Positions 31,901 to 41,346 of a stretch of 64,000 nucleotides of DNA are shown here, in pieces. Source of the DNA: Cyanidioschyzon merolae (taxonomy: Eukaryota); NCBI GenBank assembly GCA_000091205.1, contig AP006499.2. One strand, written 5' to 3'. Position 1 is the first letter of the stretch, and each line of letters begins with the position of its first letter. The notes beneath the pieces are model-generated. The model ran no database searches and was not told the DNA's origin. It saw only the letters and a program-made list of their open reading frames with translations. The position numbers and the translations under genes are program-made.

Positions 31901-32944
31901 GGCGAGTGGTCTGACGAACAGCGTACACCCGATGCATCGCTCGAGTGTCCGAATACGGCCGTCGTCCTCGATGATGAACGCCGCATGCAGCTTCTTGTGT
32001 CGTTCATTACATCGCCTGCAGGTGGCTTTTTACGGCGCGCTCTCGAACGTCAACTAGCGGACGACTGGAATGATTACATGCAATCGATGCTGGACGCTGT
32101 GGAGAGGCGCCTCTGGCCTGCGGTATTCCGAGAGAAGGATCAGGCCGTTGCACCTACGGGGCAAGCTGAAACCAGTGGGATTCGTCATACGACGGTAGAG
32201 ACGACAGCGACGCCCGAAGCGTCATGCGTATGCGAGAAGACGTCGGCCGCGGAAACTGGACCTCCTGAAGAAGTATTGGACACAACTGATGTAGTAGTAG
32301 TGAAGACGAAGAACGGTTCGGCAAGTCGTCGGCATCGTTCGGGACCGCGTTTGACGGCAGCAACTGAAGAGAATCGACGTCGCCTGTCGCAGATTATGAC
32401 CCATCTGCGTCTGCGGCACTGGCGAGCGATCCTTGGACTCGTACCTGTTTTAGCGCTCTTTTACGCTCGAGTTGTCCTGGCGGTCGCTTGGCGAGTCCTC
32501 GAACGACTTGGATTTGATCTGGGAATGCTTTTGATGCTGGGATGGCGGGCACTTGGAAACCTGCGACCACTAGCGTTAGTTAGCAGGGATCGCTCTGCTC
32601 AGGAAACGTCCCCATTGATGGACGGTTCTGCAGCAGACACCGACAATGGTCTACGTGCTGCAGCAAAGCGATCACACATCACGAATGCTGCTGGCAACGG
32701 CGCTGCAGAAGCGCAGACGCTCGGTAGCGATATCGTTCCCAGCACCTTGAACGGACGCGTTGCCGAGGATCGCCAAGTCACCGATACTGCGCGGAGCCGG
32801 TCCAATGGGGTAGCCAACTCCACGAAATACGCACCAAACGGCGTGCAGCTGCAGCGTGCCTCAACAAGAGGCCGCCGCCGCAGCGGCGCTGTGCCGGACA
32901 CCAGCACCGCGGACGACAACGACAACGAGCGCAAGCGGTCATGA
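28991..32944 (+). CDS. ABC1/UbiB-family atypical protein kinase (ADCK / ABC1K-like) with long N- and C-terminal extensions
   Basis: ABC1 domain signature [37 protein letters not shown]. It has the ATP-binding Lys context [10 protein letters not shown], the catalytic loop [11 protein letters not shown] and the DYG-type LDYGLMSEV motif. The ORF-track start at 28976 is a GTG; the first ATG is at 28991. The real start may lie further downstream. Confidence 0.8.
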   Translation: [1317 protein letters not shown]

Positions 32945-33474
32945 CATACGCGGTCGATGCATGTCGCCGCTGATGTTCCAGCTACATCTTCATCGTGTAG
33001 CTGAGGGCAAATCTTGTACTCCATAAAGCGAAGGGGTATCGAGCTCGCCCTAGACTTGTTTTATGTGGACCGAGAACAGCACGGCCACGTACAAGTTGTG
33101 TCTGTTGGCAGCGTGCCGCAGCAGCGTACGACGCTGCCTGGCCATTTTTTGCATCGCTGGACGAGTTCCGCGGCTGGGTAGCTGACGGCCTCCGTTCCTA
33201 TTGCGGCCGCAGGAAACAGCGAACACGCCTATGCCGCGAATAGCATTGCTTCGCGGATTTCGTGGTCGACACGGTGATTCAGCGTATTGCTTAACTAGGA
33301 ACAGATGACTCGTTGAACTGCAAGCGCTCGAATGCTGAACATGTAGAGACGGTTGCCTGTGCAAGCTGCCTGATCTAGTGTGCAACCACGAGCAGTACGC
33401 ATTAGGCGGTTTGAGTCGGTGTTCCGGACCTACAATATCGGTTGCTGTCAGCTGCACTGAGAACACGCTTCCAA

Positions 33475-33832
33475 CTGCATCCTTACATGATCAGAGGATG
33501 CTGGCGATAGAGCGCTTGCGATTGTGCATGCTTCCCGCCAAATGTGCTGCACGCATCGATCCAACAGACAGCACATACGCCGAACGCTTCCAACTGCATC
33601 CTTACATGATCAGAGGATGCTGGCGATAGAGCGCTTGCGATTGTGCATGCTTCCCGCCAAATGTGCTGCACGCATCGATCCAACAGACAGCACATACGCC
33701 GAACGCTTCCAACTGCATCCTTACATGATCAGAGGATGCTGGCGATAGAGCGCTTGCGATTGTGCATGCTTCCCGCCAAATGTGCTGCACGCATCGATCC
33801 AACAGACAGCACATACGCCGAAAGCGCTGCGT
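33475..33832. repeat. tandem repeat, 3 copies of a 119-bp unit
   Basis: ctgcatccttacatgatcagaggatgctggcgatagagcgcttgcgattgtgcatgcttcccgccaaatgtgctgcacgcatcgatccaacagacagcacatacgccgaacgcttccaa repeats almost perfectly, starting at 33475, 33594 and 33713. It lies just 3' of the helicase stop codon, between two convergent genes. Confidence 0.95.
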
Positions 33833-33847
33833 CGATCCGTGTACGTT

Positions 33848-36800
33848 TCACGTAGATGAGCGCATCGCAGGTGCGCCCTCACCTAGAAGTAGACGGAGCT
33901 GCTCAAAGTCGCTTGGATCGTTGACAAGCCTTTGCAGCTCCGTCTGAATTTGTTGGAGTTCTACGGAATGCTGCGGTTGGCGGGCAATCAGAGCAAGACG
34001 GTAGTATCGTTTCATCTGTTGGAAAATTAGCGAAAAGGTACGATCACCGACTCGAGCACGAATGCGTTCCATGATCGTTTTGCTGATCATTTGAGAGCCA
34101 CGTGCAAGAGCTGCATCCTTGTGCACAGCGGATACAGCTCGACGCTCGGCTTTCGCCTTCCAGACCAAGCCTGGTTCAGCGGTCGACGTCGACGAGACGG
34201 CCGTGGCGGCCACGTTGGTCTCGCGGAGTCTTTTCGACGACTGCGATGACAACGATAGCGAGCGCGCTCGCCGTGCATCGCATGTTCCCGTTTTTCCTGC
34301 CTGATCATACTCTTGGGACTGTCGCCCGATCATAGCTGCATGTTGCGCCATCGACTGGAGACGCGGTTGCTCGTCCTTGCTCGCCTGAAACGGATCAACA
34401 GGTGTGCGAACTGGCGGTACCGAGGTTGCGAGTTCCAACTGCGCCGCTGAGAGTTGGCGAATTCGCTCCGAGTGCCAGAAGCCGCACAGATTCGACATGA
34501 AGGTTCCAAAGCGCTCAAAAACTTGGATATTGTGCGTTGCTCGCGGATCCGCATCCGATGAAGCTGCACTCAGCCAGCGCGGGAGGTCTCTCAGATGAGC
34601 TCGAAACCGCTCGTCACAGAGGAGAATCGCTCCAAAGTCCTGCGCGTGACGAATCACCCGACCCATGGCCTGGTTTGCTGCTCGTAGGCATTGCTGCACG
34701 TACCAGAGGCGACCAGTGATCGTCTTGCCGTGATCCCTGAGGTGAAGCGCCTGACGTTCCAGATAATCGCGTTTCAGGATGATGCGCGGATCTGTTGTCG
34801 AAGGAAACGGAAGACCGACTAGAATCACCGTTCGTCCAAAGTCGTCAGCGAAATCGATCCCCTCGCCGGTGCGTCCTCGACAAACCGCGAAGAGGCATGC
34901 GTCGCGGCCGCTGGAAATCCATTGGCGGTAGGCGTCCACGGTTTGCCGAGAGGCGTCAGCGTCGCGAGGCTCCATAAAGATGCGCTTCACGGCATTGAGA
35001 CGATCCCAGACAGTCGCCTGGGTAGGCTGACGGCCACGATGAGCGGGATTCAACGGGTTGTTGTGATGAAAGGCGCCCGTCTGCCAGATTTCTACGAACC
35101 GAGCGAGCAGCACATAGGACGGAAAGAAGACGAGCATGCCACGCGGTGAGACGCGAGCGATATTGACCAGCGCGCTACCGAGATCCGAGATATACTCGCG
35201 ATTGTGTCGATTCGCATACGAGCTGTTCAGTTGAATATCCCGCGGCCCTTTGGTAAGGATCCCCGCGAATACCTGAGTTGCTGGATCGACGACATGGGAG
35301 TTCTGGAGACGAACTGGAAACGAAGCACCCATCTCCGATGCAACGGATTCTAGGGGGCTCAGCGTCCCTGAGGTCAACAGCACTGCATGTGCATTCGAGG
35401 TGGCTCGACGGAGCGCGAGACCCGGCCAAAGGCACCAGAATGAGAGCGTGTATCCTGTAGAGGAGCGATGTTCACGTGCGGATTGGTGTACGTACTTGCC
35501 AGAGGCAGCCTCTGCCGCTGCGGTGCCGCTCAAGGGTGGGCGCTGCTGCGACGGTGTTTGCCTCGGCCATCCGACACCATCGTACGCGGAGGGCGTCTTC
35601 AGACGACTGGGATTCATCGCCTGGTGGGTAGTACCAGCGGTGCCCTTCGCCGGCTCGTGCACACAGATCGCGAACGTGGACGCCGTCTCTGGTTTCCCGA
35701 ACAGACGAGATAGCTCCAGCACCTGACTGAGCTGCTCTAGCGCGTGCACCTGAGCGGCCCATGCTGCCGCTGACGTGCGCTGTGTAGTCCGTACTTGTCG
35801 GTGAAGCAGCCCCGTATAAGGATCACCCTGATCCCGTGTCTCTATGGCATCTGCTTCCGGCGCCTGTGAATGATCGAGCGCAGCAGCGGTCCCGTCAGGG
35901 AATTGTTGCCGCAATTGTGTGAGTGCACGGATCGCCGCTTCTACGCCGCGGAGCAGACGCTCATACGCTTCCTCGGTGAGCGTTGCGTCTTTCGAAGAGC
36001 ACTGCAAAAATGATTCAATAGCATGACCAGGAAGCACCACGCCATCAATCCCTTCAATCCGACGCCGCTGCCCAAAACACACCGTGCCTCCATTCTCTGC
36101 ACCAGGGCGCGCATGAGACGCCTTGGCGTCCGCCTGGGAAACCAGCGATATGCGCTCTTCAAGTGCGACCATGATTTCGAGCAGAGCGTGGAGATCAGAC
36201 GCGTGTAGCGCGGGCTCCGTGTTGGATCCTTCGCGCCCGTCGCGGTTCAGAAGACCCGAGGATAGCGCACTTGCCAATTGCTGAATAGCGCTGACGCACC
36301 TTTGACGCTCCGCAGCGGTAAAATCGAAGCTGAGACTATCACAGCAGATGCTCTCCAGATTGTGTGCCTCGTCGCCGATGATGATATCGCCTTCGACGCT
36401 GAGCCCCAGCGAACGCCGACACTTGCCATCGAACAAATAATTGTAGGGCATGAAGATGATTTCGGCCTCGGCAGATGCCTCACGACTGAGAAAATAAGGG
36501 CACATCGCATGCTGATGCCCGTACGCTGCCAAGTCCTCGAGGTCTCGTGGGCGCCGTCCCGGAAGCGCTAGCGTCGAGGTGCTGTCGACGGCGATGAAGA
36601 AAAAGTCATCGCCAACCTCCTTGAACTTTTGTTCGGCATTCAGATAAAAGCTGCAGCGTCGCTCTTTAGTCAACTGGGTACAACGAACGTTCTGCATTGT
36701 GGCGTTTTCGAGTCGAGATACAACCGGGTGGACGCAGAGGTGCTGGCGGGAGCCGAGGACCACGGTCCGAACGCTCGCACCATATGCGGTTCTGCTGAGC

Positions 36801-37276
36801 TCTCGCACTGCCTGCTTGATCTGACTATGCGTTCGCGTCAGGTAGATGATTCTGGGAACCGACTGCAGGGGCGTTGGGCCCGGCCCGTTTTCAGAGCTGG
36901 CCGCAGGTACGAGGCCACGAAGGCTGGCCTCCGGTGCCACGACTGCACCGGCTGCACCCTGCACCCCCTGGAGCAAGCGCTCACCATAATCGTTCTTCGG
37001 GCTGTCATCGGCTAGTGATTTGGATATGCGCTGAGTGCTAGCCTGACCTTGAACTTGGGCAACGAGCAACGAGCGCCAGGCTAGTGCCGCACACAAGAGT
37101 CCGAGTGTTTTGCCCGTGCCCGTCGGAGACTCCAAGAGCGCGTTTTGTCCGGTTTGCAGCGCTTCGATCACATGTTCCATATACCGAACTTGACATGGAT
37201 ATGGCTCGAAGGGAAATTCTACGGGGACTTGGCGAATAAACAGCGTTCGGCCCGGAGCGGGGCTACTGGAAGCCAT
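33848..37276 (-). CDS. Rad3/XPD-family Fe-S DNA helicase (RTEL1/FANCJ-like, DEAH box) with C-terminal extension
   Basis: FPFEPYPCQVRYMEHVIEALQTGQNALLESPTGTGKTLGLLCAALAW (Walker A), IIYLTRTHSQIKQAVRELSRTAY, the Fe-S Cys contexts (LCVHP, CPYF), DEAHNL (helicase motif II) and C-terminal helicase motifs. The start was taken at MASSSPAPGRTLF (cat at 37274-37276) rather than the upstream ORF-track start. Confidence 0.85.
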   Translation of the reverse strand: MASSSPAPGRTLFIRQVPVEFPFEPYPCQVRYMEHVIEALQTGQNALLESPTGTGKTLGLLCAALAWRSLLVAQVQGQASTQRISKSLADDSPKNDYGERLLQGVQGAAGAVVAPEASLRGLVPAASSENGPGPTPLQSVPRIIYLTRTHSQIKQAVRELSRTAYGASVRTVVLGSRQHLCVHPVVSRLENATMQNVRCTQLTKERRCSFYLNAEQKFKEVGDDFFFIAVDSTSTLALPGRRPRDLEDLAAYGHQHAMCPYFLSREASAEAEIIFMPYNYLFDGKCRRSLGLSVEGDIIIGDEAHNLESICCDSLSFDFTAAERQRCVSAIQQLASALSSGLLNRDGREGSNTEPALHASDLHALLEIMVALEERISLVSQADAKASHARPGAENGGTVCFGQRRRIEGIDGVVLPGHAIESFLQCSSKDATLTEEAYERLLRGVEAAIRALTQLRQQFPDGTAAALDHSQAPEADAIETRDQGDPYTGLLHRQVRTTQRTSAAAWAAQVHALEQLSQVLELSRLFGKPETASTFAICVHEPAKGTAGTTHQAMNPSRLKTPSAYDGVGWPRQTPSQQRPPLSGTAAAEAASGKYVHQSAREHRSSTGYTLSFWCLWPGLALRRATSNAHAVLLTSGTLSPLESVASEMGASFPVRLQNSHVVDPATQVFAGILTKGPRDIQLNSSYANRHNREYISDLGSALVNIARVSPRGMLVFFPSYVLLARFVEIWQTGAFHHNNPLNPAHRGRQPTQATVWDRLNAVKRIFMEPRDADASRQTVDAYRQWISSGRDACLFAVCRGRTGEGIDFADDFGRTVILVGLPFPSTTDPRIILKRDYLERQALHLRDHGKTITGRLWYVQQCLRAANQAMGRVIRHAQDFGAILLCDERFRAHLRDLPRWLSAASSDADPRATHNIQVFERFGTFMSNLCGFWHSERIRQLSAAQLELATSVPPVRTPVDPFQASKDEQPRLQSMAQHAAMIGRQSQEYDQAGKTGTCDARRARSLSLSSQSSKRLRETNVAATAVSSTSTAEPGLVWKAKAERRAVSAVHKDAALARGSQMISKTIMERIRARVGDRTFSLIFQQMKRYYRLALIARQPQHSVELQQIQTELQRLVNDPSDFEQLRLLLGEGAPAMRSST

Positions 37277-37699
37277 CCAAGCGAAACGCCCCGCTCGAGG
37301 ACAGACGTATACGTCCGTCTGAGCGCTGCATGCTGAATGGCGCCAAGTCACTGCACTGCGACTGGTATCGGTACCCTGGGGCCTTGCAAGCACCCTGGTG
37401 CTGAGTTTGAAGGCTTGTTTTCGGGGCTTTTATAGCAAAGGAACATGCTATGGGAAATGTGACGATCGTCCATAGAATAGTTTGGGAGCGTTCTCTTTCA
37501 GTCGGGAAACTGCTGGCGTCTTCCCGCACCCGTGTGTGCGGTGAGTGGACCGCTGGTGGCGCTTTGTAGACGTCGCTACGCCTATGCGAGGGCGTTTCGG
37601 GGTGACTCGAGGATCGCTTCTCTTCGACGCGTTTTCCTCATGGAGCAGAGGCATGGTAATGTGTCCGTTTTTAAGGTTCAGCGCACCGTTGGAAAGACA

Positions 37700-39376
37700 T
37701 CACCAGCACCACCACCGCCTATCACACGGACGATGCCGCCCGTGTACAGTAGTGGCGAGAAACCCGCCCTGGACAAAACGTCTCCAACCGAGGTGCAGAC
37801 GTCTCCTAGTCCTTTTGGACCGGCCATCTACTACTGCTTCCAACGTTGTCTCATATAGTTCGACTTTGAGAGGTTGTCCCAAAAAATTCTCTCTTGTCGA
37901 CTCTGGAGGTCTCGTCTCCAGCACCGCACATTTCCTTGTATTGATTGCGGCGTTAAAGTCTCGGTTCACGAATTCCATACGTTTCTCCCCGTTGGTAGTT
38001 GTGCTTACTAGTGCGCCTAGTCCTCGAACTTTCGCCCTCCTTTCCGTTTGCTCCTCCGTCAGCGCTCCGTACTTTTTTATATCCTCAGGGGTCCGTTGGC
38101 ACTTTTCCATCTCCACGCTCTGAAGTGTACACCCCAGTTCATGGTGTGTATGCAATGCTCGGAACTCATCTACAGGTATTGTAACAAAACACCTCGCGCA
38201 CTCCTTGGATGTTCTTGTCGTTGGAGCTGGCGTAGTTCCTTTTTGTATCTTCCGGCGCCCTGCTCCATATGCCACTACGAGCCTCTGATTTTCATCCTCT
38301 TTCAGGGCACTCAACTCATTGAAAAAGTCCGCGAACGCCCGCTGCCTCCCACCGTACAGATTCATCCGCAAACGAGCCCGCCGGGGCTTGGTATACTCCT
38401 CCCACAGCGCATCCCAATGGGCAACACGAACTTCCATGAATTTCCGAAAAGCTTCAAAGTCGGCTCTTCGGCTGGTCACCTCGCTCAAAGCCTCCAGGTG
38501 ATCCTTCATTCCTGCGTTCCACTTCTCAGTTTTCTTCCTCGCATTCATCATTCCCGATTCTCGACAGTATCTCGCTCTCGAGAACCTCAAAAGACGCATG
38601 TCTTTCTGACGGAAGTTGCCGTCAGCACCATCTTCCGCACGCTTCGGTGCTGCGATGGTGATGATATTTGTGTTTCGGGGGTCCGCGCCAACGACAAGGT
38701 CGTTATCCTGCACTTTCTGCGTCTCAAGACTCGCCTCCTTCTTTTCTTCATGCTTCATCGCGTCAACGACAAGCACGTTATCCTGCACTTTCTGCGTCGC
38801 ATGTTCCGCCTCCTTCTCATCTTCATACTTCGTCACGCCAACGACAAGGTCGTTATCCTCCATCTCCTGCATCGCAGGATCCCCCTCTTTGTTTTCTTCA
38901 TCCTTCGTCACGGGCGCAGCCGAGGGCCGAACTGGACGATCTTTCTTCAACCGCCGATAGTGTATACACAAGGCTACTCCATCGGTTTCGATCAACCCAG
39001 TGAACCACTTTTGCTCGCTCACTCTCAGACGTTTGAAATTGAAGATATTCTTCCAGTACGTCTCCCGGTTTTCGCCGGTGAAGTCCTCCCTGCTAACATT
39101 GAACTCCGGACTGATCTCCTTCATGATGCCGTAGAGGACGCCGGAATCGATAGTCACGAAATGTGACTTGATATTGCACATTGGAACGATGTTGAAGCGC
39201 TTCCCCATTAGGAAAGCCTTCCGTCTCTCCCACTCTTCATTTTTGTCCTCACTTAGCTCCACCTCTGCCTTGCGTTCGAGTTCTCGGTCCAGAAACACAA
39301 AATAGCGCAGGATGAGGCGATAGTATCTTTCCTTATCTTTTTTATCTCTGATATCTTGTCTGCTGGATTCGCCCAC
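37700..39376 (-). CDS. TnpB/Fanzor-family (OMEGA) RNA-guided endonuclease-like ORF; likely an incomplete gene model missing spliced N-terminal exons
   Basis: C-terminal region has a zinc-ribbon, [38 protein letters not shown], followed about 40 aa later by [20 protein letters not shown]. The latter is the RuvC-III RDxNAAxNI signature of IS605/IS607 TnpB and eukaryotic Fanzor, encoded at 37939-37965. Upstream, [17 protein letters not shown] matches the RuvC-I G-x-D-P-G/R strand, and [20 protein letters not shown] resembles a WED/REC strand. The annotated start codon is GTG, not ATG. Upstream minus-strand ORFs in other frames (39253-39633, 39618-39812, 39870-40181) could be further exons. The last 50-60 codons are probably read-through into host sequence. 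Confidence 0.6.
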   Translation of the reverse strand: MGESSRQDIRDKKDKERYYRLILRYFVFLDRELERKAEVELSEDKNEEWERRKAFLMGKRFNIVPMCNIKSHFVTIDSGVLYGIMKEISPEFNVSREDFTGENRETYWKNIFNFKRLRVSEQKWFTGLIETDGVALCIHYRRLKKDRPVRPSAAPVTKDEENKEGDPAMQEMEDNDLVVGVTKYEDEKEAEHATQKVQDNVLVVDAMKHEEKKEASLETQKVQDNDLVVGADPRNTNIITIAAPKRAEDGADGNFRQKDMRLLRFSRARYCRESGMMNARKKTEKWNAGMKDHLEALSEVTSRRADFEAFRKFMEVRVAHWDALWEEYTKPRRARLRMNLYGGRQRAFADFFNELSALKEDENQRLVVAYGAGRRKIQKGTTPAPTTRTSKECARCFVTIPVDEFRALHTHHELGCTLQSVEMEKCQRTPEDIKKYGALTEEQTERRAKVRGLGALVSTTTNGEKRMEFVNRDFNAAINTRKCAVLETRPPESTRENFLGQPLKVELYETTLEAVVDGRSKRTRRRLHLGWRRFVQGGFLATTVHGRHRPCDRRWWCW

Positions 39377-40480
39377 CCGAGTACCGCACGGTGCTCTTGT
39401 ATAACCGCACGGATTACAGAAGCTTCATTCGTGCTGCCGTTTGATATCCTCATGTCCACAAATTCGACCTCATCTTCATATCTGCGATCGTTCGTGATGC
39501 CATTGATAATCGCCCATATCCCCTTGCAAGAGATACCCCCGTACAGCGCAAACACGGCGCGTATCATGAAACGTTCGAGGTTCATTGTCAAAAGGTTCTT
39601 CAGGTTCGTGATATACTTCATCGCTCCGTACATGTAAATACCCCGGTCACCCTTGTATCGAGTACCCTCGAACCCGTAAAAGGGATGTCGTTCGTGGAGC
39701 GCGTGAACCCGCCCATTTTACCCCGCGTTTCCTCTGCACCAAACACCAGGTGCCGAATAAAGGTCTTGTCAAAGAACTCGTCTGGAATCTCGACTGTTTC
39801 CACGTGCGCCACGTCTTCTTACATCTCGCGCACCAAATTCATCAGTCTTGACGACACCTTTATAATACTCTAGGAGTACAGATCGACATGCTGTCTGATG
39901 TCGTCTTGCAACTTTTGCTCATCCGAATCCTCGAGGTGTCCATGAGGGCGGGTTACCACTACCGTCCCGTCATAGTCTCGTGTTTCGTGCAGCTTCTGAC
40001 GCCGGGCCTCCCCTTTTGCTTCCGTGTCTTTTCCTGTTCCTCTGCACTTGGCAGTGTTTCTCTTTTTTTTCTGGCAGCCGGCGACACTGCGCCTCCAGGA
40101 TCCTTCATTTCTATGTCCATAACTTTCCTTTGCTATGTTTTTGAAAAAGAACGCATTTTGAACGCTTCCGTTATAAACCACGTAAAATCACTTGAATACA
40201 CTCATGTGAAGATTGAAACACAATTGAATTTAAAGATTATATTATGCTACGACTTGAACGCAAATACAACTTGTGCGTTAGAGCAATACGCTATTGATAA
40301 GGATCGCGTTTCCCTTCAACGGCGAGGTACGCGTCGTATCTCATACCTGCCTGATCTGAAAGTGGGCTTATCGACTGCGCTATTGAAAAAAAGAACAGAG
40401 ACTAGCCCCTATATAGCAACGAAATAACATTTTCTTCTCCCTTCAACGATAAACGTTAAAAGGCGGGAAAGGTTTCCATT
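37860..40480 (-). mobile_element. candidate Fanzor-bearing insertion: lower-GC island of about 2.6 kb between the helicase and transporter genes (ends not defined)
   Basis: Base composition drops visibly between about 37860 and 40480 compared with the flanks: AT-rich runs, a poly-T at about 40060 and no host-like GC-rich ORFs. The island contains the TnpB/Fanzor-like ORF. No terminal inverted repeats and no second transposase were found. The boundaries are from composition only. Confidence 0.3.
38687..38911 (-). repeat. in-frame triplication of a 75-bp (25-codon) unit inside the Fanzor-like ORF
   Basis: Three head-to-tail units: gccaacgacaaggtcgttatcctgcactttctgcgtc..., gtcaacgacaagcacgttatcctgcactttctgcgtc... 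and gccaacgacaaggtcgttatcctccatctcctgcatc.... They encode [50 protein letters not shown] and [25 protein letters not shown]. The last copy runs directly into the RuvC-I motif ADPRNT. Confidence 0.9.
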
Positions 40481-41346
40481 TTGTCGAAACTTTACCTTCT
40501 TGGCGGAAGATCTCGCGAGCCGGACGAGTATGCCTGGCGGGTGCTTCATGCTCCCGCACTAGCGGGTGCCGTAGTGAGATCTTGGCAGCTCGTCCGAAAC
40601 CCAATTTTTATTGGAATAGGACTAGAAGTGGACAGCTCTCATCCAAGTGTCGCCTTGGTCGCAGTGATCGCTTATAGTGACCCTTTGCGCGGCCGCACGC
40701 AGAAGCTCTGTCTGCGATAATTGCTGGCTCCCAGATTGATAACGAAACCTGATCCCGTGTCGCGCAAACCACGCCTCTAGTCGACGCCCCCAGTGGTATG
40801 GCAAAACCTTTCTGTCCCCGTGATGCATCCACACAAGCGGTTTAGGCGCTGTAGCGGGTGCTCAGCGCCGGCACTCGGCACACAATAGATCGTAAAAAAA
40901 CTACCCGTACATCCGAGAGACATTATAAATAATGGAACATGGGAGTAGGGTTCTCCAGCATGATGAACGCTCTCTCGATTACCAGTACCCATCCATCCCG
41001 CGATTTTAGATCCACGGTCAACGAAAACGTCTTGTGAGCGGAGAGCGGAGCGCCGCGCGGTACGCGCTCCACCGCGCGCCCGTTGATGATCGCGAGCGCG
41101 CCGGTGCGCCGCGCACTGCACCAACGACCGCACAATGCTCACGTCCGCGTTGGATTGTCTGGGTGTTTGTTTTCTTTGCAGTGACGAGGAGGCATACGGG
41201 TTTGCGCTTACAAGTCTAGCGCTCACCGCAAGCACTGGTGGCTGCGTGAGGGCGCAGACGAAATCGGGTGGTTTTTTACCGACAGAAGCGCATTTGATCG
41301 GGGCTGGAACGCTGCGCTGCTTGCGTGTGCTCGTGCCGCTCGTACG

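Noticed and set aside
38048-39166. 372-codon plus-strand ORF inside the Fanzor-like island
   Set aside because: It is antisense to the ORF carrying the zinc-ribbon and RuvC-III signature. Its sequence is low-complexity Leu/Phe/Ser-rich, typical of an antisense read-through of an AT-richer region.
39870-40181. Stand-alone 103-codon ORF with a Lys-rich stretch upstream of the Fanzor-like ORF, as an independent gene
   Set aside because: Its start codon is GTG and it is separated from the next ORF by a single in-frame stop. It is more plausibly an upstream exon or decayed part of the same gene than a separate gene.
37860-40480. Terminal inverted repeats or a partner serine or tyrosine recombinase for the Fanzor-like island
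   Set aside because: Only a trivial shared TTCGAC hexamer was seen near the two compositional boundaries. No recombinase-like ORF was found on either strand, so the element class is left open.
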